From positions 13,716 through 77,715 of the forward strand of contig JBCBKL010000011.1 of the NCBI GenBank assembly GCA_038521825.1: a stretch of 64,000 nt of DNA. Direction: 5' to 3'. The notes beneath the pieces were generated by a model that saw only the letters and a list, made by a program, of their open reading frames with translations, made no database searches and was not told the origin of the DNA. Shown here piece after piece: positions 9,151 to 18,874 of this stretch (positions are counted from its first letter, which is position 1; every line of letters begins with the position of its first letter). This DNA is from Pseudomonadota bacterium (GTDB lineage: Bacteria; Pseudomonadota; Alphaproteobacteria; Rhodobacterales; Rhodobacteraceae). A program made the position numbers and the translations under genes.

Positions 9151-9956
9151 GCAGGCTGCTGGTCAGGCCGCATGGGAAACAGGGGAAGGTTCACGACATC
9201 ACGCCTGAAAGCGCGGGATGGGGATACGTGGGCTTTGGCCTATACCATTTGAGCGAAGGTGAGATTGCGACCGAGGAAACTGGTCGCAACGAGGTTATCC
9301 TTGTGCTCGTCGAGGGTAAGGCCGAAATCGCGGCGGGCGGTCAATCCTTCGGCGAGATGGGCGACCGGATGTCGGTCTTTGAAAAGTCACCGCCGCACTG
9401 TCTTTATGTGCCAGGCCAGTCCAACTGGAGGGCTGAGGTGACGACGGATTGCGTACTTGCCGTCTGTACGGCACCTGCCGTCGCCGACTATCCGGCGCAG
9501 CGTTTGGGTCCGGAGGGGATCGCGCTGACCCCGCGGGGGAAGGATCAGAACACCCGATACATCAACAACATCGCGATGGAAGAGCGGGACGTGGCCAGCG
9601 CGCTTTTGGTGACGGAGGTGTTTACGCCGCCCGGCAACTGGTCATCCTATCCCAGCCACCGGCACGACGAAGATAGATTTCCGGACATGACCTATCTCGA
9701 AGAGACTTATTACCACCGCCTGAACCCGGCACAGGGTTTTGGCGTCCAGCGGGTCTATACCGAGGATGGAACCCTGGACGAGACCATGGCGGTGCAGGAT
9801 GGCGATGTGGTACTGGTCCCCAAGGGCCACCATCCCTGCGGTGCACCTTACGGCTATGAGATGTACTACTTGAACGTCATGGCCGGGCCCTTGCGGAAAT
9901 GGCGGTTCAAGAACGATCCGGCCCATGACTGGATTGCACAACGCGATATGGGGTGA
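9147..9956 (+). CDS. iolB: 5-deoxy-glucuronate isomerase
   Basis: MSRLLVRPHGKQGKVHDITPESAGWGYVGFGLYHL.... KduI/IolB cupin pattern. ATGA overlap with the ATPase gene. Confidence 0.85.
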   Translation: MSRLLVRPHGKQGKVHDITPESAGWGYVGFGLYHLSEGEIATEETGRNEVILVLVEGKAEIAAGGQSFGEMGDRMSVFEKSPPHCLYVPGQSNWRAEVTTDCVLAVCTAPAVADYPAQRLGPEGIALTPRGKDQNTRYINNIAMEERDVASALLVTEVFTPPGNWSSYPSHRHDEDRFPDMTYLEETYYHRLNPAQGFGVQRVYTEDGTLDETMAVQDGDVVLVPKGHHPCGAPYGYEMYYLNVMAGPLRKWRFKNDPAHDWIAQRDMG

Positions 9957-9973
9957 TCGCCGCAGCGCAAATT

Positions 9974-10288
9974 TCATTCTGGCGGGGCGGAGGCCAGTTT
10001 GAGCCATGTCCGGTCCTCGCGCAGTAAAAAGCGTTCCTTCTGTGCGAATGCGTAGTTTTCCCGGCCAAGCGGATCCCCCGCGAGCCGGGTGCGGTACGCT
10101 TCGTAGTCCGCCAGGCTGGGGATGTTGTAGATACCGTAGGCCAGGGTCGATGACCCTTCGTGCGGGGCGTAGTACCCGACCAGGTCGGCACCACAGCGCG
10201 GGATCGCCTGGCCCCAGTTGCGGGCATATCGTTCAAACATGGCCTTTTTTGTTGGATCGATGTGGTAGCGGATGATGCAGGTCAGCAT
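9974..10288 (-). CDS. NIPSNAP family protein
   Basis: 104 aa, MLTCIIRYHIDPTKKAMFERYARNWGQAIPRCGADLVGYY..., typical NIPSNAP dimeric alpha/beta-barrel pattern. Confidence 0.75.
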   Translation of the reverse strand: MLTCIIRYHIDPTKKAMFERYARNWGQAIPRCGADLVGYYAPHEGSSTLAYGIYNIPSLADYEAYRTRLAGDPLGRENYAFAQKERFLLREDRTWLKLASAPPE

Positions 10289-10341
10289 GTTGGTCTCCGG
10301 TGGCTGTGATCGTTTGATAGATCATTGCAGAACGTCGATGC

Positions 10342-10357
10342 TTCGATTACGATCGAA
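10342..10357. promoter_or_regulatory. Inverted repeat TTCGAT-TACG-ATCGAA; candidate autoregulatory operator of the ArsR-type gene
   Basis: Read directly. Perfect 6-bp arms ending 2 nt before ATG 10360. Confidence 0.4.
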
Positions 10358-10359
10358 TT

Positions 10360-11034
10360 ATGAGAGAAGGTCCCGATATCGCCCATATCGCTGCCCTGAT
10401 CGGAGATCCGGCGCGGGCCAACATGTTGACCGCGTTGATGTCGGGCAAGGCGCTGACAGCAACCGAACTGGCGCGTGAGGCGGGTGTCACGCCGCAGACC
10501 GCCAGCACCCATTTGACCAAACTTGAGCAGGGCGGCCTGTTGACCCTGCAGAGGCAGGGGCGCCACCGGTACTTTTCGCTCGCCACTGACGATGTGGCAC
10601 ACGTGCTCGAAGCGTTGATGGGGATCGCCGCCGGTGCAGGGTATCTGCGCAGCCGAACGGGCCCCAAGGATCAGGCCCTTCGAAAGGCGCGGGTCTGTTA
10701 CAACCATCTCGCGGGCGAGATGGGAACAGATCTTTATGACGGGCTGTTCGAACGTGGATTTCTGAAGAATGCCGGGGACGGGGTGGAACTGACCGCCGCC
10801 GGTGCGCAATTCGTCACCGATTTCGGCGTCGATCTGCATGCGTTGCGGGCAGGCCGGGCAAGGCTGTGCCGCGATTGCCTTGACTGGAGCGAGCGGAAAT
10901 CGCATCTGGCAGGAAGCCTTGGCCGGGCGATCCTAACCCGCATCGAAGATCTGGGATGGGCCCGGCGGAACGCTCAAACCCGCGTCGTCGCCTTTACACC
11001 ATATGGTGAAAGGCAGTTCAGGGCGCTTCTTTAG
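10360..11034 (+). CDS. ArsR/SmtB-type winged-helix transcriptional regulator with C-terminal extension
   Basis: IAHIAALIGDPARANMLTALMSGKALTATELAREAGVTPQTASTHLTKLEQGGLL is an ArsR-type HTH. Confidence 0.8.
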   Translation: MREGPDIAHIAALIGDPARANMLTALMSGKALTATELAREAGVTPQTASTHLTKLEQGGLLTLQRQGRHRYFSLATDDVAHVLEALMGIAAGAGYLRSRTGPKDQALRKARVCYNHLAGEMGTDLYDGLFERGFLKNAGDGVELTAAGAQFVTDFGVDLHALRAGRARLCRDCLDWSERKSHLAGSLGRAILTRIEDLGWARRNAQTRVVAFTPYGERQFRALL

Positions 11035-11071
11035 GCTTGGCCGCTTCGAAAGATGCCCTATTGTCCTGCTT

Positions 11072-11896
11072 ATGTTGAGGCTTGCACTGATCCTTCTGGT
11101 CTTGCCGATGACCGCGCTGGCGCAGGTGGCCACCCGTACACCCAGCCACTGCATCGCCTTGGCTCAGGACATCCCGGGCAGCGCCTATATTCAGAAGGCC
11201 AGTTATGCCTCTGATATCCCTTCTGAAACCGTTCGCATCCACTATATTGCCCATGCCAGTTTCCTGATCCGCACCCATGGCGGGCTGAACATGGTCACGG
11301 ACTTTACGGGCTTTATCGGCAATGTGCCGATGATTCCCGATGTCGTAACCATGAACCATGCCCACGACACGCATTGGACAGCGAACCCCGACCCGGCTAT
11401 TCCCCATGTGTTGCCAGGCTGGGGCGAATTCGGGCAAGGGATCGATCACCGGCTGGAACTGGGCGAGGTTCTGGTGCGTAACGTGTCGACCGACATCCGC
11501 TCGGCGTTCAGCGGGATCGAGGATAGCGGCAATTCGATTTTCGTATTCGAGGTTGCGGGCCTCTGCATCGGTCATCTGGGCCATTTGCATCACGAGCCGT
11601 CGGAGGAACAATATGCGGCTCTTGGTCGCCTCGATGTTGTCATGGCGCCCGTTGATGGCGGCTATACCCTCGATCTTGCGACAATGACCCGGGTGATCGA
11701 GCGGTTGCGATCCTCGATCGTGATCCCGATGCATTGGTTCAGTGACTATAATCTTCGGGTATTTCTGGACGGTATGTCGACGGATTTCACGGTGATTGAT
11801 GTCGGTGGGCCGGTTCTGGACGTCTCGCTTGACCGGCTGCCATCGCGCCCGACGATCATGGTGCTGCGCCCTGAGTGGTTGCGTGTGGCTGAGTAA
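11072..11896 (+). CDS. MBL-fold metallo-hydrolase, secreted
   Basis: Track ORF is 11003-11896. ATG 11072 gives the signal-like MLRLALILLVLPMTALAQ. IHYIAHASFLIRTHGG...MNHAHDTHW pattern. Confidence 0.65.
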   Translation: MLRLALILLVLPMTALAQVATRTPSHCIALAQDIPGSAYIQKASYASDIPSETVRIHYIAHASFLIRTHGGLNMVTDFTGFIGNVPMIPDVVTMNHAHDTHWTANPDPAIPHVLPGWGEFGQGIDHRLELGEVLVRNVSTDIRSAFSGIEDSGNSIFVFEVAGLCIGHLGHLHHEPSEEQYAALGRLDVVMAPVDGGYTLDLATMTRVIERLRSSIVIPMHWFSDYNLRVFLDGMSTDFTVIDVGGPVLDVSLDRLPSRPTIMVLRPEWLRVAE

Positions 11897-11934
11897 CCTC
11901 TTGCGCCGCCGCGCGCGATTTGATTGCTGAGGCC

Positions 11935-13344
11935 ATGACCCTGAATTCCCTCACAGATGAGATCGAGGCCCGGTTTCTGGCAGCGTTGCCTGGCGACCGG
12001 TTTGCTGCTGCCGAAGCGCGGTATCTGGAAGAGCCGCGCGGGCGCTATGCCGGGCAGTCTGCCCTGGTCGCCTATCCCCGTTCGACCGGGGAGGTCGCAA
12101 CACTGGTACGCCTTGCGGCGGATGCGCAGGTAGGCGTGGTGCCCTATGGCGGTGGCACGGGCCTTGTCGGAGGGCAGATCGCGGCGGATGGGCCGGTGCC
12201 ACTGATCCTGTCGCTGGAGAAGATGGATGCCATCCGCGCGGTCTACCCCGAGGAGAACGTGCTGGAGGCAGAGGCAGGCGTCATCCTCGCCGATATCCAG
12301 AAAGCGGCCGAGGATGTCGGGCGCCTGTTTCCCTTGTCGCTGGCGTCAGAAGGATCAGCGCGGATCGGGGGCAACCTCGCCACCAATGCCGGGGGCACGG
12401 CGGTTCTGCGTTATGGCAACGCGCGCGATCTGTGCCTTGGGGTCGAAGCCGTGATGCCGGACGGGTCGATCCTGAATGGGTTGAGCCGCTTGCGGAAGGA
12501 TAATACCGGATATGATCTGCGCCATCTGCTGGTGGGCGCGGAGGGAACGCTTGGCATTATCACGGCCGCATCGCTCAAGCTCTTCCCGCGGCCCGCGCAA
12601 ACGGGCACCGCCCTGTTGGTTGTCGATGGCCCCGCGGCCGCGCTGTCGCTGTTGGCTGTGGCGCGCGAACGGTTGGGCGATGCCATCACGGCCTTTGAAT
12701 TGATCCACCGACAGGGCTTTGATTTTCTGGCCGAAACCCTGCCGGATGTCCGCCAGCCGTGGAACGACCCGCCCGAATGGTGCGTTCTGCTAGAGGTGAG
12801 CCTGCCCGCCTATGCCGATGTTCAGGCGGCCATGGACCTGCTGCTGACCGACAATGAATTGCTGCGTGATGGGCTGATCGCGCAGAGCGAGACACAAGCG
12901 GCTGAGTTCTGGGCGGTCAGAGAGCAGATCCCGGAGGCAAATCGGCGGATCGGGTCGGTGAGTTCGCATGACATATCGGTCCCGATGGGTGCGATTGCCG
13001 AATTCATTGACCGGGGGCACGAGCGCATCGCTGAAATTGGTCAGTTCCGCATCAACTGCTTTGGTCATGTCGGCGACGGCAACCTGCATTTCAACGTCTT
13101 CCCGATGCCTGGCCGGTCCCGCGCCGATCACGAGGTTGAACGGCCTATGATCAAACGCGCCCTGCACGATCTTGCACACGAACTGGGCGGCTCGGTTGCT
13201 GCCGAGCATGGAGTGGGCCGGCTGAAGGTCGCGGATGTCGAACGTTACGCCGATCCGGCCAAGCTGGCCGCGATGCGGACGATCAAGGCCGCCCTCGACC
13301 CGCACGGTATCATGAACCCCGGCGCGGTCTTGCGCGCAGTCTAG
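11935..13344 (+). CDS. FAD-binding oxidoreductase (GlcD / D-2-hydroxyacid dehydrogenase-like)
   Basis: Track ORF is 11920-13344; ATG 11935 preferred. VVPYGGGTGLVGG FAD_binding_4 motif. C-terminal GGSVAAEHGVGRLK. Confidence 0.85.
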   Translation: MTLNSLTDEIEARFLAALPGDRFAAAEARYLEEPRGRYAGQSALVAYPRSTGEVATLVRLAADAQVGVVPYGGGTGLVGGQIAADGPVPLILSLEKMDAIRAVYPEENVLEAEAGVILADIQKAAEDVGRLFPLSLASEGSARIGGNLATNAGGTAVLRYGNARDLCLGVEAVMPDGSILNGLSRLRKDNTGYDLRHLLVGAEGTLGIITAASLKLFPRPAQTGTALLVVDGPAAALSLLAVARERLGDAITAFELIHRQGFDFLAETLPDVRQPWNDPPEWCVLLEVSLPAYADVQAAMDLLLTDNELLRDGLIAQSETQAAEFWAVREQIPEANRRIGSVSSHDISVPMGAIAEFIDRGHERIAEIGQFRINCFGHVGDGNLHFNVFPMPGRSRADHEVERPMIKRALHDLAHELGGSVAAEHGVGRLKVADVERYADPAKLAAMRTIKAALDPHGIMNPGAVLRAV

Positions 13345-13362
13345 GGGCCGGATTTCATCCGG

Positions 13363-14988
13363 TCACAACGTGGCCGCCACCTTGCGCAGCTCGAACTTCT
13401 GGATCTTGCCGGTCGAGGTCTTGGGCAATTCCTGAAACACCACCTTCTTCGGCGCCTTGAATCCGGCCAGCGTTTCGCGGCTGAAGGCGATGAGGTCCGC
13501 CTCGGTCGGGGCGGTCCCCTCTTTCAGTTCGATGAAGGCGCAGGGCACTTCGCCCCACTTCTCGTCCGGCTTTGCAACAACGGCGGCAAGCAACACGTCG
13601 GGATGGGCCATCAGAACGCCCTCGACCTCGACGGACGAAATGTTCTCGCCTCCTGAAATGATGATATCCTTGGCCCGGTCGGCGATCTGGATGTATCCGT
13701 TTGGATGCTGCACGGCGATGTCGCCAGAATGGAAGTATCCACCGGCAAAGGATTCTTGGGTCGCCTCAGGGTTCTTGAGATACCCTTTCATCACCGCGTT
13801 GCCGCGCATCACGATCTCGCCCTGCGCCTTTGCGTCCATGGGGATCTGGGCCATGTCGTTATCCATGACAGTGATGTGTTCCATCATTGGAAAGGCCACG
13901 CCCTGCTGTGCCTTGATCGCGGCCTTTTCATCGGTGCTGCACTCGTTCCAGGCATCCTGCCAGACGCATTCGGTCACGTGCCCATAGGTTTCCGTCAGCC
14001 CGTAGACCTGCGTGACGTTGAACCCAAGCGCCTCGATCTTTTGCAGCGTGGCGGGGGCGGGCGGGGCCCCGGCGGTAAAGACCTCGACCACGTGATCAAA
14101 GCTGCGCCTGTCCTCTTCCGGTGCGTTGACGATGGCGTTGAGCACGATGGGTGCGCCACCGAAATGGGTGACGCCCTCGTAGTGGATGGCGTTGTAAATT
14201 GCAGTAGCGGTCACATCGCGGCAGCAGACAAGCGTGCCGCCGACCAGGGGCATCATCCATGTGTGGTTCCAGCCGTTACAGTGAAAAAGCGGCACGATGG
14301 CCATGAAGACCGGGTGCAGCACCATGCGCCAAGACACGACCGTGCCCATCGTCATCAGATAGGCACCTCGATGATGATAGACGACGCCCTTGGGGCGCCC
14401 CGTCGTGCCAGAGGTGTAGTTGAGGGCGAGGCTTTCCCATTCGTCCTCTGGCATGATCCAATCGAAGTTTGGATCGGCATTGGACAGAAGATCTTCGTAG
14501 ACGGGGTACCGGCCTGACGGGGGGAAGCCCGCATGGGCATCCGGCACCTCGACGATCTGCAGGGTGGTGCCCTCCATCAGTCCTATGGCGGCCTCGGCCA
14601 GCTCGAGGAACTGGGTATCGACCAGCAGCACCTTGGCTTCGCCGTGATCGAAGAGGTAGGCGACGGTCGCCTTGTCGAGCCGCGTGTTGACCGTGTTGAG
14701 AACCGCGCCGCAGGCGGGCACGCCGAAATGGGCTTCGGCCTGGGCCGGCAGGTTGGGGATGAGGGTAGTCACGACATCGCCGGGCTTGACGCCCATGGCG
14801 GCCAGACCGGATGCGAGCCGGGTGCAGCGGTCGTAATATTCGGCATAGGTGACACGATGATTGCCATAGATCACCGCCGTATGATCGGCAAAGACCCGGG
14901 CCGCGCGGCGCAGATGCGAAAGCGGTGTCAGCGGCACGTAATTGGCCGCGCATTTCTGCAGCCCGGTTTCGTCAGATAGCCAGCCCAT
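13363..14988 (-). CDS. AMP-dependent acyl-CoA synthetase (short/medium-chain, AAE-like)
   Basis: 541 aa. AMP-binding motif YTSGTTGRPKGV. N-terminus ANYVPLTPLSHLRRAA. C-terminal TSTGKIQKFELR. Confidence 0.9.
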   Translation of the reverse strand: MGWLSDETGLQKCAANYVPLTPLSHLRRAARVFADHTAVIYGNHRVTYAEYYDRCTRLASGLAAMGVKPGDVVTTLIPNLPAQAEAHFGVPACGAVLNTVNTRLDKATVAYLFDHGEAKVLLVDTQFLELAEAAIGLMEGTTLQIVEVPDAHAGFPPSGRYPVYEDLLSNADPNFDWIMPEDEWESLALNYTSGTTGRPKGVVYHHRGAYLMTMGTVVSWRMVLHPVFMAIVPLFHCNGWNHTWMMPLVGGTLVCCRDVTATAIYNAIHYEGVTHFGGAPIVLNAIVNAPEEDRRSFDHVVEVFTAGAPPAPATLQKIEALGFNVTQVYGLTETYGHVTECVWQDAWNECSTDEKAAIKAQQGVAFPMMEHITVMDNDMAQIPMDAKAQGEIVMRGNAVMKGYLKNPEATQESFAGGYFHSGDIAVQHPNGYIQIADRAKDIIISGGENISSVEVEGVLMAHPDVLLAAVVAKPDEKWGEVPCAFIELKEGTAPTEADLIAFSRETLAGFKAPKKVVFQELPKTSTGKIQKFELRKVAATL

Positions 14989-15097
14989 GCTCGTCCTCCC
15001 CGCATCCTGGTCGGCGCAGGATAGGCTGAAGCGTTTGGCAAGGGAAAGAGGGTCTGTAAGGGCTTTTGCACGATGATTTGGCTGTTAAGTTGGGAGC

Positions 15098-15760
15098 ATG
15101 ATCTACTCTCCCGGTCGCCGTTATCTCTTTATTCACCAGCCCAAGACCGGCGGGACCGCGCTGGCGCTGGCGCTCGAGGCTCGGGCGATGAAGGACGACA
15201 TCATGCTGGGGGACACGCCCAAGGCGCGTAAGCGGCGCGGCCGGATCAAGGACGTCGAAAGCCGGGGGCGGCTGTGGAAGCATTCGACCCTCGCCGATCT
15301 CGAGGGGTTGGTGCCTCGCGATGCGCTCGATGATCTTTTTGTCTTTACGCTTGTCCGGAACCCATGGGACAGGCTGGTCAGCTATTACCACTGGCTTAAG
15401 GACCAGAGCTTTGATCACCCCGCCGTGGGGCTATCGAAGAGTTTGCCTTTTGACGCGTTCCTGCAGCATCCGATGATTGCGCATTCGATCCGCGAAACGC
15501 CTTCGCGGCATTACGTGACAGGCGCCGACGGAAAGGAGAGATGCGCTGCATTTATTCGCCTCGAACATTTCGACGACGATGCCGCGCCCTTGTTCGACCA
15601 TCTGGGATTCCGGTTCGGATTGGAGCGCGTGAACAGCTCGAACCGCGATCGCGCGTATGACGCGTATTACGATACCGAATTGCGGGAGTTGGTGGCGAAT
15701 ATATGCTCAGAAGATATCGCCCGGTTCGCGTATGAATACGATTATCCGCAATTGTCTTGA
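15098..15760 (+). CDS. Sulfotransferase family protein
   Basis: YLFIHQPKTGGTAL (PAPS 5-phosphosulfate-binding-like motif) and LVRNPWDRLVSYYHW, typical of sulfotransferase family 2. Confidence 0.7.
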   Translation: MIYSPGRRYLFIHQPKTGGTALALALEARAMKDDIMLGDTPKARKRRGRIKDVESRGRLWKHSTLADLEGLVPRDALDDLFVFTLVRNPWDRLVSYYHWLKDQSFDHPAVGLSKSLPFDAFLQHPMIAHSIRETPSRHYVTGADGKERCAAFIRLEHFDDDAAPLFDHLGFRFGLERVNSSNRDRAYDAYYDTELRELVANICSEDIARFAYEYDYPQLS

Positions 15761-16011
15761 ATGACAGTTTCCAAACCGTCAACAATATAACCGATTTTGA
15801 TGGATTGGTGGCCATCGATCTTTGACGCCAATTTAGTGCCCGATTTCTGACGTTCGAATGACACGACCGTCTCGGATTATGCGAAAATTGACGCGAAATG
15901 TGTGGCCCGCATTAAGGAACAAGACGCATGGCCGGTGCGGGTCAGTCGGAGCAAGGCATTGCGGGAGAACAAGAAAGTGGATTGCGTCCGAAAGGGGCCG
16001 ACGCTGTGAAG

Positions 16012-16590
16012 ATGGGGTTTCTTGCCGGTACCGTGGTCGAGACCCCGGACGGACCAAAGAGGATCGAAGAGCTGATGCCGGGCGACGAGGTGCTGACCTA
16101 CCTCAACGGTCCGCAGCGCATTCGAGCTATTCAATCGGTGCTGAAATTCGCCGATGCACCGATGGTCCGCAAAGACAAATGGCACATTCACGTCCCTGAA
16201 AACGCCCTGGGCAACCAGGATGCACTGGAACTTCAGGCCGAGCAGGGTGTGTTGGTCGTATCAGAGGCCGCGTGCGACAGCAACGGGGATACGCTGGCCA
16301 TTGTACCCGCCGGGGCCCTTGCCGGCTTCCAGGGCATCGCCCACGTCCCACCCTATGCCTGGACCCGGGTCATCGAAATTGAAACCGATGAAGACGAGGT
16401 GTTGATCGCAGGCGGTGGTGCTTTGCTTTTTGGGGGGGATTCAGCCGAAGCCATGGTGCCGATCGTCGACACGAACCGCCGTCAATACGATGTTTTTTCC
16501 GAGGATGACGCAGATCTTATCGTACAAGAGATGCCGCCCTGGCAAGGTGTGGCAATCACCAAGCGAGAACCTGAAATCGTCGCCTCCTGA
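16012..16590 (+). CDS. Hint (Hedgehog/intein-like) domain protein, short form
   Basis: Track ORF is 15928-16590. From ATG 16012: MGFLAGTVVETPDGPKRIEELMPGDEVLT..., matching the xFLAGTxIxTPxGxxxVExLxxGDxVxT Hint start, but with Gly in place of the usual Cys. Confidence 0.6.
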   Translation: MGFLAGTVVETPDGPKRIEELMPGDEVLTYLNGPQRIRAIQSVLKFADAPMVRKDKWHIHVPENALGNQDALELQAEQGVLVVSEAACDSNGDTLAIVPAGALAGFQGIAHVPPYAWTRVIEIETDEDEVLIAGGGALLFGGDSAEAMVPIVDTNRRQYDVFSEDDADLIVQEMPPWQGVAITKREPEIVAS

Positions 16591-16595
16591 CAGGA

Positions 16596-16663
16596 TCAGG
16601 CGCGCACCTGGAGGGTGCGCCTGATGACCTCTGCCCCGGACGAGCCGCATCCGTCCGGGGCAG
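16596..16663. terminator. Two adjacent GC-rich hairpins between convergent genes (Hint gene / FadJ-type gene)
   Basis: Hairpin 1 is 16596-16624 (TCAGGCGCGCACC/GGTGCGCCTGA with one bulge). Hairpin 2 is CTGCCCCGGACG (16631-16642) pairing with CGTCCGGGGCAG (16652-16663), a perfect 12-bp stem. No U-tract. Confidence 0.5.
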
Positions 16664-16672
16664 AAGGTTCCG

Positions 16673-18874
16673 TTAAGCAGCCTCGGCAGTTTCCGGCGCG
16701 AACCGGCTGTAGAACGTCTCGTCTTTGTCCGCCATTTCACGCAGGAGCGCGGGGCACTTGAACCGCTCGCCATACTTGGCTTCGAGCTGGTCGCACCGTT
16801 CGGCGGCATAGGCCGCACCGATCATGTCGAGCCACGACAGCGGGCCACCGGACCACGGTGCAAAGCCCCAGCCAAGGATCGCGCCGACGTCACCTTCGCG
16901 GATATCCATCAGCACACCTTCTTCCAGTGCGCGAACGGCTTCGAGCACTTGGGAGAACAGCAGACGATGTTGCACCTCTGTCAGATCGGGTTGGTCGTCG
17001 GCCAGTGGGTACTTTTCGTTCAGGCCACGCCAGATGAGCTGACGTTTGCCTTTGTCGTCGTACTCGTAGAAGCCCGCATTCGCCTTGCGACCCAGACGCC
17101 CTTCTTCTTCCATCCAGAAGATCAGGTCGTCGGACGGGCTTTCGGGGTATGCATTACCCATGGCGGCCTTGGTCGCCCGCGCGATCTTGGCGCCAAGGTC
17201 GATGGCCGTTTCATCGGTCAGTTGCAGCGGACCGAGAGGCATGCCAACCAGCTTAGCCGCATTTTCGATCAACGCCGGCTCGACCCCTTCGGTCACCATC
17301 CGCGTGCCTTCGTTGATGTAGGGGATGATGCAGCGGTTGGCATAGAAGAAGCGCGCGTCGTTGACGACAATCGGTGTCTTGCGGATCTGGCGGACATAGT
17401 CGAGCGCCTTGGCCACTGCCCGGTCACCGGTTTCCTTGCCCTTAATGATCTCGACCAGCAGCATCTTTTCGACGGGCGAGAAGAAGTGGATGCCGATGAA
17501 CTGCTCCTTGCGCACGCTCGCCTGCGCCAGATCGGTGATCGGCAATGTCGATGTGTTGGTGGCAAAGATGCAATCGTCGGGGATGATCGCCTCGACCTTC
17601 TTAGTCATGTCGGCCTTGATGGCGGGGTCTTCGAAGACCGCCTCGATGATCAGATCGCAGCCCTTGAGTTGGTCCAGATCCGGCGTCGGCGTGATCAGCG
17701 ACAGCATGGCATCGGCCTTTTCCTGGGTGACCTTGCCGCGCGATTTCCCTTTTTCGAGGTACTTCTCGGTGTAGTTCTTGCCCCGGTCGGCGCTTTCCTG
17801 GTCGCGGTCGACCAGCACCACCTCGATGCCTGCCTGTGCTGACACCAGCGCAATGCCCGCGCCCATCAGGCCCGCGCCCAGAACGCCCAGTTTCTTGACG
17901 CGCTGGTCTTCGATGCCCTGCGGCCGGACAGCGCCCTTTTCGAGTGCTTCCTTGTTGAGGAAGATCGAGCGGATCATGTTGGCCGAGGACGGGTTCATCA
18001 GAACGTTGGTGAACCAGCGGGCCTCGATCTTGAGCGCGGTGTCAAAGGGTACAAGCGCGCCCTCATAGACCGCCGAAAGCAGGGCCTTGGCCGCCGGATA
18101 GACACCTTGGGTCTTGCCGTTGACCATGGCGTTTGCGCCGACAAACGTCATGAAGCCAGCGGGATGATAGGGCGCGCCGCCGGGCATCTTGTAGCCCTTC
18201 TTGTCCCAATCCTTGACGATATCCGCGTCAGAGGCGTTGAGCACCCATTCCTTGGCCGCCGCTATCGGGTCATCGACCACTTCGTCAACGAGCTGACCCT
18301 TGGCCTTGTCCGGGCTGACCATTTTGCCTTCCAGCAGGAAGGATGACGCGCCCATGGCCCCCAGCTTGCGCACAAGACGCGTTGTGCCGCCCGCGCCGGG
18401 GAAGATGCCCACCATGATTTCGGGCAGGCCGACCTTGGCCTTGGGGTTGTTGGCAAGGAAAATGCGGTGCGTTGCCAGCGGCAGTTCCAGCCCGATGCCG
18501 GCCGCGGTGCCGGGCAGCGCGGCGGCAATCGGCTTGCCGCCTTTCTGGGTTTTGGGGTCCATGCCCGCGAGTTCGATCTTGCGCAGCAGGTGGTGCATGC
18601 GCATCGTCCCTTCGAACAGGCCCTTGGCCGGGTTGTCGCCCGCCTCTTCCTTCATCTTTGCCAGCAGGTTCAGGTCCATGCCGCCGGCAAAGGAACCGTC
18701 TTTGCCCGAGGTGATCACGATCCCCTTGACCGCATCGTCGGCAAGCGCATCGTCGATCAGGGCATCAAGCTGCTGCAACCCTTCTAGCGACATGACGTTC
18801 ATCGATTTGCCGGGAACGTCCCATGTGATGATCGCGACACCGTCGTCGCCCTTTTGCATGCTAAAGTCAGTCAT
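16673..18874 (-). CDS. Multifunctional enoyl-CoA hydratase / 3-hydroxyacyl-CoA dehydrogenase (FadB/FadJ-type)
   Basis: 733 aa. N-terminal crotonase fold, central GVLGAGLMGAGIA NAD-binding motif, 3HCDH C-terminal domains. Confidence 0.9.
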   Translation of the reverse strand: MTDFSMQKGDDGVAIITWDVPGKSMNVMSLEGLQQLDALIDDALADDAVKGIVITSGKDGSFAGGMDLNLLAKMKEEAGDNPAKGLFEGTMRMHHLLRKIELAGMDPKTQKGGKPIAAALPGTAAGIGLELPLATHRIFLANNPKAKVGLPEIMVGIFPGAGGTTRLVRKLGAMGASSFLLEGKMVSPDKAKGQLVDEVVDDPIAAAKEWVLNASDADIVKDWDKKGYKMPGGAPYHPAGFMTFVGANAMVNGKTQGVYPAAKALLSAVYEGALVPFDTALKIEARWFTNVLMNPSSANMIRSIFLNKEALEKGAVRPQGIEDQRVKKLGVLGAGLMGAGIALVSAQAGIEVVLVDRDQESADRGKNYTEKYLEKGKSRGKVTQEKADAMLSLITPTPDLDQLKGCDLIIEAVFEDPAIKADMTKKVEAIIPDDCIFATNTSTLPITDLAQASVRKEQFIGIHFFSPVEKMLLVEIIKGKETGDRAVAKALDYVRQIRKTPIVVNDARFFYANRCIIPYINEGTRMVTEGVEPALIENAAKLVGMPLGPLQLTDETAIDLGAKIARATKAAMGNAYPESPSDDLIFWMEEEGRLGRKANAGFYEYDDKGKRQLIWRGLNEKYPLADDQPDLTEVQHRLLFSQVLEAVRALEEGVLMDIREGDVGAILGWGFAPWSGGPLSWLDMIGAAYAAERCDQLEAKYGERFKCPALLREMADKDETFYSRFAPETAEAA

